A stretch of 64,000 bases of DNA, taken from assembly GCA_965279525.1 (NCBI GenBank), contig CBDIIB010000003.1, positions 512,001-576,000 of the forward strand, in the 5' to 3' direction. Numbering within the stretch: position 1 is the stretch's first letter; the number at the start of each line of letters is the position of its first letter. This document shows, piece after piece, positions 56,042 to 64,000 of this stretch. The notes under the pieces are model-generated. The model was not told the origin of the DNA. It ran no database searches and was given only the letters and a program-made list of their open reading frames with translations. The DNA is from Tagaea sp. Its GTDB lineage: Bacteria; Pseudomonadota; Alphaproteobacteria; CACIAM-22H2. The translations under genes were made by a program, and so were the position numbers.

Positions 56042-57213
56042 CCGGCCCGTCCGTCTTCCTCGTCGCGGCCGAGCCGTCAGGCGACAATCTCGGCGCCAAA
56101 TTGATGGCGGCTTTGCGGCGCGCGACCGGCGGCAACGTCCGCTTTGCCGGCATCGGCGGCGAACGCATGGCGGGCGAGGGGCTCGAGACGCTTTTCCCGA
56201 TCGCCGACCTGTCGGTCATGGGAATTGCCGAGGTGCTGCCGCGCCTGCCAACGATCTTCGAGCGGATCCGGCGCACCGTGGCCGCGATCCGCGCCGCGCG
56301 CCCGGATGTCGTCGTCCTGATCGACTCCCCCAGCTTCGGCCTGCGTGTCGCCGACCGTATCCGCGATACCGGCATTCCGGTCGTCCAGTACGTGGCGCCC
56401 CAGCTCTGGGCATGGCGCCCGGGCCGGGCAAAGAAGCTCGGCCGGCGGGTCGACGCGATCCTCGCGTTGCTGCCCTTCGAGCCGGAATTCTTCGCCGGTC
56501 TTGGCCTAGCGTGCGTCCATGTCGGGCATCCGGTCCTCGAAGACGTGCTGGCCGATGGCAGTGCCAGGGATTTCCGCGCCCGCCATTCGATCCCGGACGG
56601 CCGGCGTCTGGTGATGGTGATGCCCGGAAGCCGTGTCGGGCTTTTCAAGCGCATGGCGCCGGTCTTTCTCGAAGCCGCGCGCCTGCTGGCGAAGGGGCGC
56701 AACGATCTCGTTTTCGTGCTGCCGAGCGTGCGGAACACCGAAGCGCTTTGCGCCGGGCTGGCCGCCGCACTTCCCGGCACCACCGTGCGGATCGAAAGTG
56801 CCGCCGACAAGCGTGCCGCCTACCTTTCGGCCGACGTGGCGCTCAGCATCTCGGGCACCACGACGCTGGAACTTGCCGTCGCCGGCCTGCCGACCGTCGT
56901 GGGACACAAGGTCAACGCGCTGTCGGCTTTCCTTGCGCGCCGCCTGATCAAGGTGCCCTACGTCGCGATGCCCAACGTCATCGCCGGGCGGATCGTCGTG
57001 CCTGAGTTGCTGCAGGAAGACTGCACGCCGCAGCGCCTGGCCGGCGAGCTTGCGCGCCTGCTTGACGATCCGGCGGCGGCGGCGCGCATGCGGGCCGATC
57101 TCGCTTCGATCTGCGACGCGTTGGGAAATGCCGAGATCGCGAAGGGGCCGGGGCACCTGCCGTCGGACCGTGCCGCTTCAGCCGTGCTTGACGCGATCAG
57201 GCGCCCTGGTTGA
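56038..57213 (+). CDS. lpxB: Lipid-A-disaccharide synthase
   Basis: AAEPSGDNLG, IDSPSF, YVAPQLWAWR, VGHP, MPGSR, SGTTTLE, PELLQ. Confidence 0.96.
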   Translation: MTGPSVFLVAAEPSGDNLGAKLMAALRRATGGNVRFAGIGGERMAGEGLETLFPIADLSVMGIAEVLPRLPTIFERIRRTVAAIRAARPDVVVLIDSPSFGLRVADRIRDTGIPVVQYVAPQLWAWRPGRAKKLGRRVDAILALLPFEPEFFAGLGLACVHVGHPVLEDVLADGSARDFRARHSIPDGRRLVMVMPGSRVGLFKRMAPVFLEAARLLAKGRNDLVFVLPSVRNTEALCAGLAAALPGTTVRIESAADKRAAYLSADVALSISGTTTLELAVAGLPTVVGHKVNALSAFLARRLIKVPYVAMPNVIAGRIVVPELLQEDCTPQRLAGELARLLDDPAAAARMRADLASICDALGNAEIAKGPGHLPSDRAASAVLDAIRRPG

Positions 57214-58165
57214 ACACCCGCGCGCGGTGCGCGCGGATGGCGCTTTCGATCCGGAGGGCGACTTCCAGAGCATTGCGCCCGTCTTCGCCCGAGACACGCG
57301 GCGGGAATTCGCCGCGGCACGCGGCAAGGAAGCTAGCCACCTCGGATTTAAGGTCGTCCCCGTCGGGATATTCCTTCTCGACGCGGTCGATGGGCGGCAT
57401 TCCCGGCGTGGCGCTTTCGCCAAGCCCGCGGGTCAGCGCCACGAGCTTGCGTTTGGCAAGGTCGATCGACACGTAGCATTCGTGCCCGAAGATGCGCATG
57501 CGCCGTTCGGTATTGAGGCTGACGCGGCTGGTCGTGATGTTGGCCACGCAGCCGTTGGCAAAGCCCAGGCGGACATTGGCGATGTCCTCTTCCTGGGTCA
57601 CGACCGGCGTGCCGACGGCCATCACGCTTTCCACCGGGGCCCGCACCAGGGCGAGCACGAGGTCGATGTCGTGGATCATCAGGTCGAGGATCACCGACAC
57701 GTCGGTCGCGCGCGGCGAGAAAGCGTGGATCCGGGCTGCCTCGATATAGAGCGGGCGATCGACATAGTCGGCCACGCCGAGCCGGTCGAGCAGGAAGCGC
57801 TGGAGATGGCCGACCTGCAGCACGACGCTCTTGGTTCGCGCGGCAGCGATCAGCCGGTCGGCCTGTTCGACGGTTTCGGCGATCGGCTTTTCGATCAGCA
57901 CGTGGATGCCGGCTTCGATCAGCCGGTGCGCCACGTCGAAATGCAGCACCGTCGGCACGACGACCGACACGGCGTCGACCTTGCCGACGAGTTCGCCCAC
58001 GTCGGCGAAGCCGGCGACCTTGTGCTTGGCGGCGATGGCCTCGCGCGATGCCGGGTTCGGATCGACGATCCCGACGAAGTCGGAGTCCGGCAGGGCGGCA
58101 TACTTGTCGGCGTGATAGCGGCCGAAATGGCCGCCGCCGACCACGGCGGTGCGGAGCTTGCGCAT
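57197..58165 (-). CDS. Gfo/Idh/MocA oxidoreductase, GnnA-like (UDP-GlcNAc 3-dehydrogenase candidate)
   Basis: GGGHFGRYHA, EKPIA, QVGHLQRF, TDVSVILDLMIHDID, ANITTSRVS; adjacent to the lpx cluster. Confidence 0.85.
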   Translation of the reverse strand: MRKLRTAVVGGGHFGRYHADKYAALPDSDFVGIVDPNPASREAIAAKHKVAGFADVGELVGKVDAVSVVVPTVLHFDVAHRLIEAGIHVLIEKPIAETVEQADRLIAAARTKSVVLQVGHLQRFLLDRLGVADYVDRPLYIEAARIHAFSPRATDVSVILDLMIHDIDLVLALVRAPVESVMAVGTPVVTQEEDIANVRLGFANGCVANITTSRVSLNTERRMRIFGHECYVSIDLAKRKLVALTRGLGESATPGMPPIDRVEKEYPDGDDLKSEVASFLAACRGEFPPRVSGEDGRNALEVALRIESAIRAHRARVFNQGA

Positions 58166-58246
58166 GGCTGCTAACTACATGGTTTTGCGCACTGGCGCAA
58201 AGCCCCCGGCAGCGGCATTCTGGGGGCTCAGGAAAGGGAGACCGCC

Positions 58247-58657
58247 ATGGACGACGCCCGCGCGCCCGCGACCGAATTCCGCATGCTCCACACGATGATC
58301 CGGGTCTTCGATCTGGACAAATCCATCGATTTCTATTGCGCCAAGCTCGGCATGAGCCTGCTGCGCCGCAAGGACTATCCGGACGGGAAATTCACGCTCG
58401 CCTTCGTCGGCTACGGGGACGAGGACAAGAATGCGGTGATCGAGCTCACCCACAACTGGGGGCACGCGCCCTACCAGATCGGCGACGGGTTCGGGCACAT
58501 CGCGCTGGGCGTCAAGGACATCTACGGCACGTGCGAGAAGCTCGCGGCTGCCGGCGCCAAGATCCCGCGCCCGCCCGGCCCGATGAAGCACGGCACGACG
58601 GTCATCGCGTTCGTCGAGGATCCGGACGGCTACAAGATCGAGCTGATCCAGAAATAG
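58247..58657 (+). CDS. gloA: Lactoylglutathione lyase (glyoxalase I)
   Basis: LHTMIRV, FTLAFVGYG, IELTHNW, GFGHIA, DPDGYKIELI. Confidence 0.96.
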   Translation: MDDARAPATEFRMLHTMIRVFDLDKSIDFYCAKLGMSLLRRKDYPDGKFTLAFVGYGDEDKNAVIELTHNWGHAPYQIGDGFGHIALGVKDIYGTCEKLAAAGAKIPRPPGPMKHGTTVIAFVEDPDGYKIELIQK

Positions 58658-58659
58658 AC

Positions 58660-58860
58660 CTAGTTCCAGTAGACCGCCGCCGCGATCAGGGCGACCAGCA
58701 GCGGTCCCGCCGAGATCTTCAGCAGGCGCAGGATCGTCGGGCGGTTGTCGTTGGCGGCCGGCGGCAGGCGCCGGCGGCCGAGCAGGGACGTGCGCGCACC
58801 CCGCACCGAGGTCTGCGGCGCGGTCGGTTCACGCAGGGAACCTGTCCCTTGCTTGGCCAT
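58660..58860 (-). CDS. 66-aa hypothetical membrane microprotein with AANDN motif
   Basis: GGAGG RBS 8 nt upstream of the ATG; C-terminal hydrophobic helix; fills the gltA-gloA gap. Confidence 0.7.
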   Translation of the reverse strand: MAKQGTGSLREPTAPQTSVRGARTSLLGRRRLPPAANDNRPTILRLLKISAGPLLVALIAAAVYWN

Positions 58861-58901
58861 GTCGTCCGCCTCCCTGACGGAACTGGAACGTCGTCGCGCC
58901 T

Positions 58902-60203
58902 TCAGGCGCGTTTTTGGATCGGCACGAAGGGCCGCTTGGCGGCACCCGTGTAGAGCTGGCGCGGACGGCCGATCTTCTGTTCGGGATCCTCGATCATCTC
59001 GTTCCACTGCGCGATCCAGCCCGTGGTGCGCGCGAGTGCGAACAGGGCCGTGAACATCGCGACCGGGAAGCCCATGGCCTTCAGGATGATGCCCGAATAG
59101 AAGTCGACGTTCGGATAGAGCTTCTTGGAAACGAAGTATTCGTCCTGCAGCGCGATGCGCTCGAGTTCGACCGCGATCTCGAGCAGCGGATCGGTGACAT
59201 GGAGTTCCGCGAGGACTTCCTTGCAGGTCGCGGCCATCACCTTGGCGCGCGGATCGTAGTTCTTGTAGACGCGGTGGCCGAAGCCCATCAGGCGCACGCC
59301 CTCGTTCTTGTCCTTCACGCGCTTGATGAACTCGGGGATCTTGTCCTTGGTGCCGATCTCGGCAAGCATCTTCAGCACGGCTTCGTTGGCGCCGCCGTGG
59401 GCGGGGCCCCAGAGCGTGGCGATGCCCGCCGCGATGCAGGCGAACGGATTGGCGCCCGAGGACCCGGCCAGGCGCACGGTCGAGGTCGACGCGTTCTGCT
59501 CGTGGTCGGCATGCAGGATGAAGATCTTGTCCATCGCCTTGGCGAGGACCGGATTGACCTTGTACGGCTCGCACGGCACGCCGAAGGTCATGTAGAGGAA
59601 ATTCTCGGCGTAGCCGAGGTCGTTGCGCGGATACATGAAGGGCTGGCCGATCGAATACTTGTAGGCCATGGCCGCGATGGTCGGCATCTTGGCGATCAGC
59701 CGGTATGAGGCGACCATCCGCTGGTGCGGGTCCGAGATGTCGAGGCTGTCGTGATAGAAGGCCGAGAGTGCTCCGACCACGCCGCACATGACGGCCATCG
59801 GATGCGCGTCGCGCCGGAAGCCCGAGAAGAAGCGGTTGATCTGCTCGTGCAGCATCGTGTGGAGCGTGATGTCGCGCTCGAACTTCTTCTTTTCGGCAGC
59901 GTTGGGCAGTTCGCCCTTCAAGATCAGGTAGGCGACTTCCATGAAATCGGAATGATCGGCCAGTTCCTCGATCGGATAGCCGCGATGCAGCAGGACGCCG
60001 ACATCGCCGTCAATGTAGGTGATCTTCGACTTGCAGGCACCGGTCGAGGTGTAGCCCGGATCGTAGGTGAAGAACCCGGTGTCGCCGTAAAGCTTGCGCA
60101 CGTCGATGACCTGCGGGCCGACCGACCCGGACAGCACCGGCATGTCGTATTTCTTGCCGGTATTGTTGTCGATCAGGGTGACGTTGGGGCTGGACTGGGT
60201 CAT
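58902..60203 (-). CDS. gltA: Citrate synthase (type II)
   Basis: [42 protein letters not shown]. Confidence 0.98.
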   Translation of the reverse strand: MTQSSPNVTLIDNNTGKKYDMPVLSGSVGPQVIDVRKLYGDTGFFTYDPGYTSTGACKSKITYIDGDVGVLLHRGYPIEELADHSDFMEVAYLILKGELPNAAEKKKFERDITLHTMLHEQINRFFSGFRRDAHPMAVMCGVVGALSAFYHDSLDISDPHQRMVASYRLIAKMPTIAAMAYKYSIGQPFMYPRNDLGYAENFLYMTFGVPCEPYKVNPVLAKAMDKIFILHADHEQNASTSTVRLAGSSGANPFACIAAGIATLWGPAHGGANEAVLKMLAEIGTKDKIPEFIKRVKDKNEGVRLMGFGHRVYKNYDPRAKVMAATCKEVLAELHVTDPLLEIAVELERIALQDEYFVSKKLYPNVDFYSGIILKAMGFPVAMFTALFALARTTGWIAQWNEMIEDPEQKIGRPRQLYTGAAKRPFVPIQKRA

Positions 60204-60302
60204 CGGGGCTCTCTTGCTCGGGCCTTCGCAGGTGCGATAAAGGTTATTGGAGCTTAGGGCGGGGGTTTTGGCAAGACATCCGTCTGTGACCGCGAGGGGG
60301 CC

Positions 60303-61718
60303 CTATCCCGCTCCGCCCAGCGCGTCCGATATGCGGCCAAGTGCCTCATCCCGCCCGAGAATTGCCATTACCTCGAAGATCGGTGGCGACGTGCCCTGGC
60401 CAGACAGCGCCGCACGCATCGGCTGTGCCAGCGCCCCGAGCTTGGTGCCGGTGCGCTCGGCAGCCTCGCGCAGGAGCGCTTCGAGGGAAGCAGCCTCCCA
60501 CACCGGTGCCGCCGCGAACAGTTCGTGGGCCGATTTCAGGTGTGCAAGACCGTCGCCGGCGAGGTGCTTGCGCGCCGCCTCGTCGAGCGCGATGGGACGC
60601 GCGCGGACATAGAAGACCGCGGCGTTCGCGAGTTCGAGGAGCGTCTTGGCGCGCGCCTTGAGCCCGCCCATGCCGGCGACGAGGCGAGCACTAGCGGCCG
60701 CGTCGACCTTCTGTCCGGCCGCCTTCTCGATCAACGGCAGGGCCGCCTCGACGAGCCGCGCGTCGTCGGTATGGCGCATGTAGTGGCCATTGAGGTTGTC
60801 GAGCTTCTTGAAGTCGAAACGCGACGGGCTGCGGCCGACGCCGTCGAGATCGAACCACTCGATCGCCTGCGCGGTCGGGATGATCTCGTCGTCGCCATGC
60901 CCCCAGCCCAGGCGCAGCAGGTAGTTGCGCATCGCCTCGGGCAGGTAGCCCATGTCGCGATAGGCATCGACCGCAAGCGCCCCGTGCCGCTTGGAGAGCT
61001 TGGCACCGTCCGGGCCATGGATCAGCGGAATGTGGGCATAGACCGGGACCGGCCAGCCGAGCCGCTCGATGAGCTGCATCTGGCGCGCGGCGTTGTTGAG
61101 GTGGTCGTCGCCGCGAATCACGTGCGTCACGCCCATGTCGTGGTCGTCCACGACGACCGACAGCATGTAGGTCGGCGTGCCGTCGGCGCGCAGCAGGATC
61201 ATGTCGTCGAGCTGCTCGTTCTTGACGACGACGTCGCCCTGCACCTTGTCGCGGATGATCGTCTCGCCGTCCTGGCGCGCCTTCAGGCGCACGACCGGCT
61301 TGATGTCGGCGGGGGCGTCCTTCGGGTCCCGGTCGCGCCACCGGCCGTCGTAGCGGATCGGCTTGCCGGCGGCCTTCTGGGCCGAGCGCATCTCCTCGAG
61401 GTCCTTCGGGCTGGCGTAACAGTAGTAGGCGCCGCCCTTGGCGAGCAGATCGAGGGCGACGGCCGCATGGCGATCCATCCGCGCGAACTGGTGGACGACT
61501 TCGCCGTCCCAGTCGAGACCGAGCCACTTCATGCCGTCGATGATCGCCTCGGTCGCCTCGGGCGTGGAGCGGGCACGGTCGGTATCCTCGATGCGCAGGC
61601 GGAACTCTCCGCCGGTGTGCTTGGCGAACAACCAGTTGAAGAGCGCCGTGCGGGCACCGCCGATATGCAGGTAGCCGGTCGGCGAGGGAGCGAAGCGGCA
61701 GACGGGTTTCGTGGTCAT
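60303..61718 (-). CDS. gltX: Glutamate--tRNA ligase
   Basis: [29 protein letters not shown]. Confidence 0.97.
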   Translation of the reverse strand: MTTKPVCRFAPSPTGYLHIGGARTALFNWLFAKHTGGEFRLRIEDTDRARSTPEATEAIIDGMKWLGLDWDGEVVHQFARMDRHAAVALDLLAKGGAYYCYASPKDLEEMRSAQKAAGKPIRYDGRWRDRDPKDAPADIKPVVRLKARQDGETIIRDKVQGDVVVKNEQLDDMILLRADGTPTYMLSVVVDDHDMGVTHVIRGDDHLNNAARQMQLIERLGWPVPVYAHIPLIHGPDGAKLSKRHGALAVDAYRDMGYLPEAMRNYLLRLGWGHGDDEIIPTAQAIEWFDLDGVGRSPSRFDFKKLDNLNGHYMRHTDDARLVEAALPLIEKAAGQKVDAAASARLVAGMGGLKARAKTLLELANAAVFYVRARPIALDEAARKHLAGDGLAHLKSAHELFAAAPVWEAASLEALLREAAERTGTKLGALAQPMRAALSGQGTSPPIFEVMAILGRDEALGRISDALGGAG

Positions 61719-61883
61719 TTTTTGCGTCGGACTTTGCGGATGGAGAAGGGGCGGAAGACAGGCGCTTTTCCTATCACGCGCCCCTGTTGCTGCACAGCGG
61801 AGATCGGCCATGGCGGGTTGATGGAAAGCGGCATTCGCGGTACATCTTTAGATTAAACACACGATCCGCGAGACATCTCCCGA

Positions 61884-64000
61884 ATGCATCCGACCGATGC
61901 CGCGCCTTTCCTGCCACCCGGCAGGGCGGACGCGGCATCGGGGTTCTGGCTTCGTACGCGCGAGACCGAACAGGTGCGGCTCGTCCTGTGGCTGCCTGTG
62001 CTTCTGGCGATCGGGATCGGGCTCTATTTCTCGTTGCCGGTCGAACCGGAAAGCTGGATCGCGCCGGCATTCCTGGCGGTCGCCGCCACGTTCGGCGCGG
62101 TTGGCCGCGCGGTCAGCACCGTGCGTGCATTGGCGGCCATCCTCGCGGCACTGGCGCTCGGATTCGCGCTGGCGCAGATGCGGGCGCACGACGTCGCTGC
62201 CCCGGTCGTCGAGCGGCGGATTGGGCCGGTTGCGGTCTCGGGTCGTGTCGTGACGGTCGAGCCGCGCGCCGACGGCGTGCGCATCGTTCTCGACCGGCTC
62301 TCCATCGCCGGTTTCGTGCCCGCGCGCACGCCCGAAACAATCCGCCTGAAGCTCGACGATGCGGGCGGCGTGCGCCCGGGCGACGACGTGCGGCTGGCGC
62401 GTGCATATCTTTCGCCGCCGCCTGCACCCAGCGCCCCCGGCGCGTTCGACTATGCAAGGCAGGCGTGGTTCGAGCGGCTCGGGGCCGTGGGCTACGCGCG
62501 CGGCTCGGTCGAGATCGTCGAGCGCTCGCGCGAGGCGGGCTGGCGCGTGCGCATGAACGCGCTGCGCGCCGCCGTCGTCGCGCGCATCGCGGCCACGCTT
62601 CCCGATCCCGCAGGCGCCATCGCGACGGCCTTGATCGCGGGCGAGCAGGGGGCCGTTCCGCCCGAAGCGCTTGCCGCATTCCGCGATTCAGGGCTCCAGC
62701 ACATCCTGTCGATTTCTGGGCTGCATATCGGCATGGTTGCCGGGATCGTGTTCGCGGGCGTGCGCGTGGTGCTGGCACTGGTACCTGCCGCGGCGTTGCG
62801 CTGGAACACGAAGAAGATCGCAGCCGTCGCTTCTTTCGCCGCGATCACGTTCTACATGCTGTTCGCGGTCCCGAGCGTGCCCACGCAGCGCAGTTGGCTG
62901 ATGACGTCCGTCGTGCTGCTCGCCGTGCTGATCGACCGGCGCGCGATCACGCTGCGGCTGGTCGCGTGGGCGGCCGGCGCCCTGCTGGTCGTGGGGCCCG
63001 AGAGCCTGCTGTCGGCAAGCTTCCAGATGTCGTTTGCTGCCGTGACCGCCCTCGTCGCGGCGTTCGAGGTGGCGAGCCGGCCGATGTCGCGCGCGCGTGT
63101 GCTGGCTGGGCCAGTCGGCCGCGCGGGCCTGTGGCTGGGCGGGACGGTCCTCACCTCGCTCGTCGCGGGCCTCGCGAGCGCGCCGTTCGCGCTCTACCAC
63201 TTCAACCGCTTTTCCGCTTTCGGGCTCGTCGCCAATCTGCTCGCCGTGCCGCTGACCGGCATCTGGATCATGCCGTGGGCGGTGGCGGCCGGCCTGCTGT
63301 TCCCGCTGGGGCTGGAGGCTTGGGCGCTCGTCCCGATGGGCTGGGGGCTTAATGCGTTGCTGTGGATCGCCCGCTGGGTCGCAGGCTGGGACGGCGCCGT
63401 GGCGCTGTTCCCGAGCATGCCGGGCTGGGGGCTGGCGGCGATGGCGCTCGGGCTTGCCTGGCTGTGCCTGTGGCGAAGTGCCGTACGCCTTGCCGGCGTC
63501 GCTGCACTCGCCGCGGGTCTTGCGACGATCGGCACGCTGACGCCGCCGGACATCCTCGTGTCGGGCGACGGGCGGCTGATCGCGGTGCGCGATGCAGACG
63601 GGCGATTGCTGCTGTCGTCGGGCGGCGGCGACAAGTTCGCGCGCGAAACATGGCTGCGGCGCGATGGCACGGCCGAGCCGCCGGAGATCTGGCCGCGTGC
63701 GGGCCTCTCGCGCGACGGAACGCTCGACTGTCGCGCGGGGGCTTGCGTCTACAGGGCCGGTGGCCTGCAGGTTTCGATCGTGCGCGATGCGCGCGTGCTG
63801 CCGTCGGCGTGCGACGGCGCCGACCTGGTCATCGCGACGGTCTCGGTGCGCGCGGTCTGCCGGCGGATGGCGGGCCGCACGATCGACCGCTTCGACCTGC
63901 TGGAGGGCGGCGCGCACGCGATCTGGATCGCGGATGGGGCGACCCGCGTGGAAACGGTGCGCGAGTGGCGCGGTGCCCGGCCGTGGGTGCCCGATCCGCC
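61884..64000 (+). CDS. comEC: ComEC/Rec2 competence protein (3' end beyond the window; absent from the ORF track)
   Basis: Manual translation from ATG 61884: LVLWLPVLLAIGIGLYF, PGAFDYARQAWF, SGLQHILSISGLHIG, SFQMSFAAV, ANLLAVP; gltX-comEC synteny. Confidence 0.9.
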   Translation, partial: MHPTDAAPFLPPGRADAASGFWLRTRETEQVRLVLWLPVLLAIGIGLYFSLPVEPESWIAPAFLAVAATFGAVGRAVSTVRALAAILAALALGFALAQMRAHDVAAPVVERRIGPVAVSGRVVTVEPRADGVRIVLDRLSIAGFVPARTPETIRLKLDDAGGVRPGDDVRLARAYLSPPPAPSAPGAFDYARQAWFERLGAVGYARGSVEIVERSREAGWRVRMNALRAAVVARIAATLPDPAGAIATALIAGEQGAVPPEALAAFRDSGLQHILSISGLHIGMVAGIVFAGVRVVLALVPAAALRWNTKKIAAVASFAAITFYMLFAVPSVPTQRSWLMTSVVLLAVLIDRRAITLRLVAWAAGALLVVGPESLLSASFQMSFAAVTALVAAFEVASRPMSRARVLAGPVGRAGLWLGGTVLTSLVAGLASAPFALYHFNRFSAFGLVANLLAVPLTGIWIMPWAVAAGLLFPLGLEAWALVPMGWGLNALLWIARWVAGWDGAVALFPSMPGWGLAAMALGLAWLCLWRSAVRLAGVAALAAGLATIGTLTPPDILVSGDGRLIAVRDADGRLLLSSGGGDKFARETWLRRDGTAEPPEIWPRAGLSRDGTLDCRAGACVYRAGGLQVSIVRDARVLPSACDGADLVIATVSVRAVCRRMAGRTIDRFDLLEGGAHAIWIADGATRVETVREWRGARPWVPDP

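Noticed and set aside
61787-63352. 521-aa plus-strand ORF in the track over the comEC region
   Set aside because: Wrong frame; the ComEC frame starts at 61884 and has no stop inside the window, so the track missed it. No frameshift or pseudogene is implied

Overview
High-GC alphaproteobacterial chromosome segment (Rhodospirillales-like, inferred from gene order and sequence style), made almost entirely of conserved core genes. In order: two tandem 272-aa flagellins, tRNA-Leu, tig-clpP-clpX-lon-HU, tRNA-Val, mtnA, tRNA-Asp, the full nuoA-N complex I operon, birA-coaX-rnj, mce-DUF1467-tag, proS-lolE-lolD, dnaE, a four-gene accessory block, rpsB-tsf-pyrH-frr-uppS-cdsA-dxr-rseP-bamA-skp-lpxD-fabZ-lpxA-lpxI-lpxB, a GnnA-like dehydrogenase, gloA, gltA-gltX and comEC (runs off the window end). 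I saw no transposase, integrase, CRISPR array or rRNA, and no large novel multi-gene system that I can support. The best leads are small. (1) An unannotated ~130-nt minus-strand sRNA with its own promoter and terminator, whose unpaired segment looks antisense to the alpha-r8/suhB sRNA core (possible RNA sponge). (2) A ~100-bp GTTGAC/IHF palindromic element between rnj and mce. (3) A pentapeptide-repeat gene embedded between nuoF and nuoG. (4) mtnA bracketed by an 11-bp direct repeat that overlaps the tRNA-Asp 5' end. (5) An orphan/DUF2336 pair plus TetR and cNMP genes between dnaE and rpsB. (6) A 66-aa membrane microprotein carrying an SsrA-tag-like AANDN motif. (7) Divergent catalytic motifs in LpxI and CoaX. 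All family assignments come from motif recognition by eye; no database searches were run.
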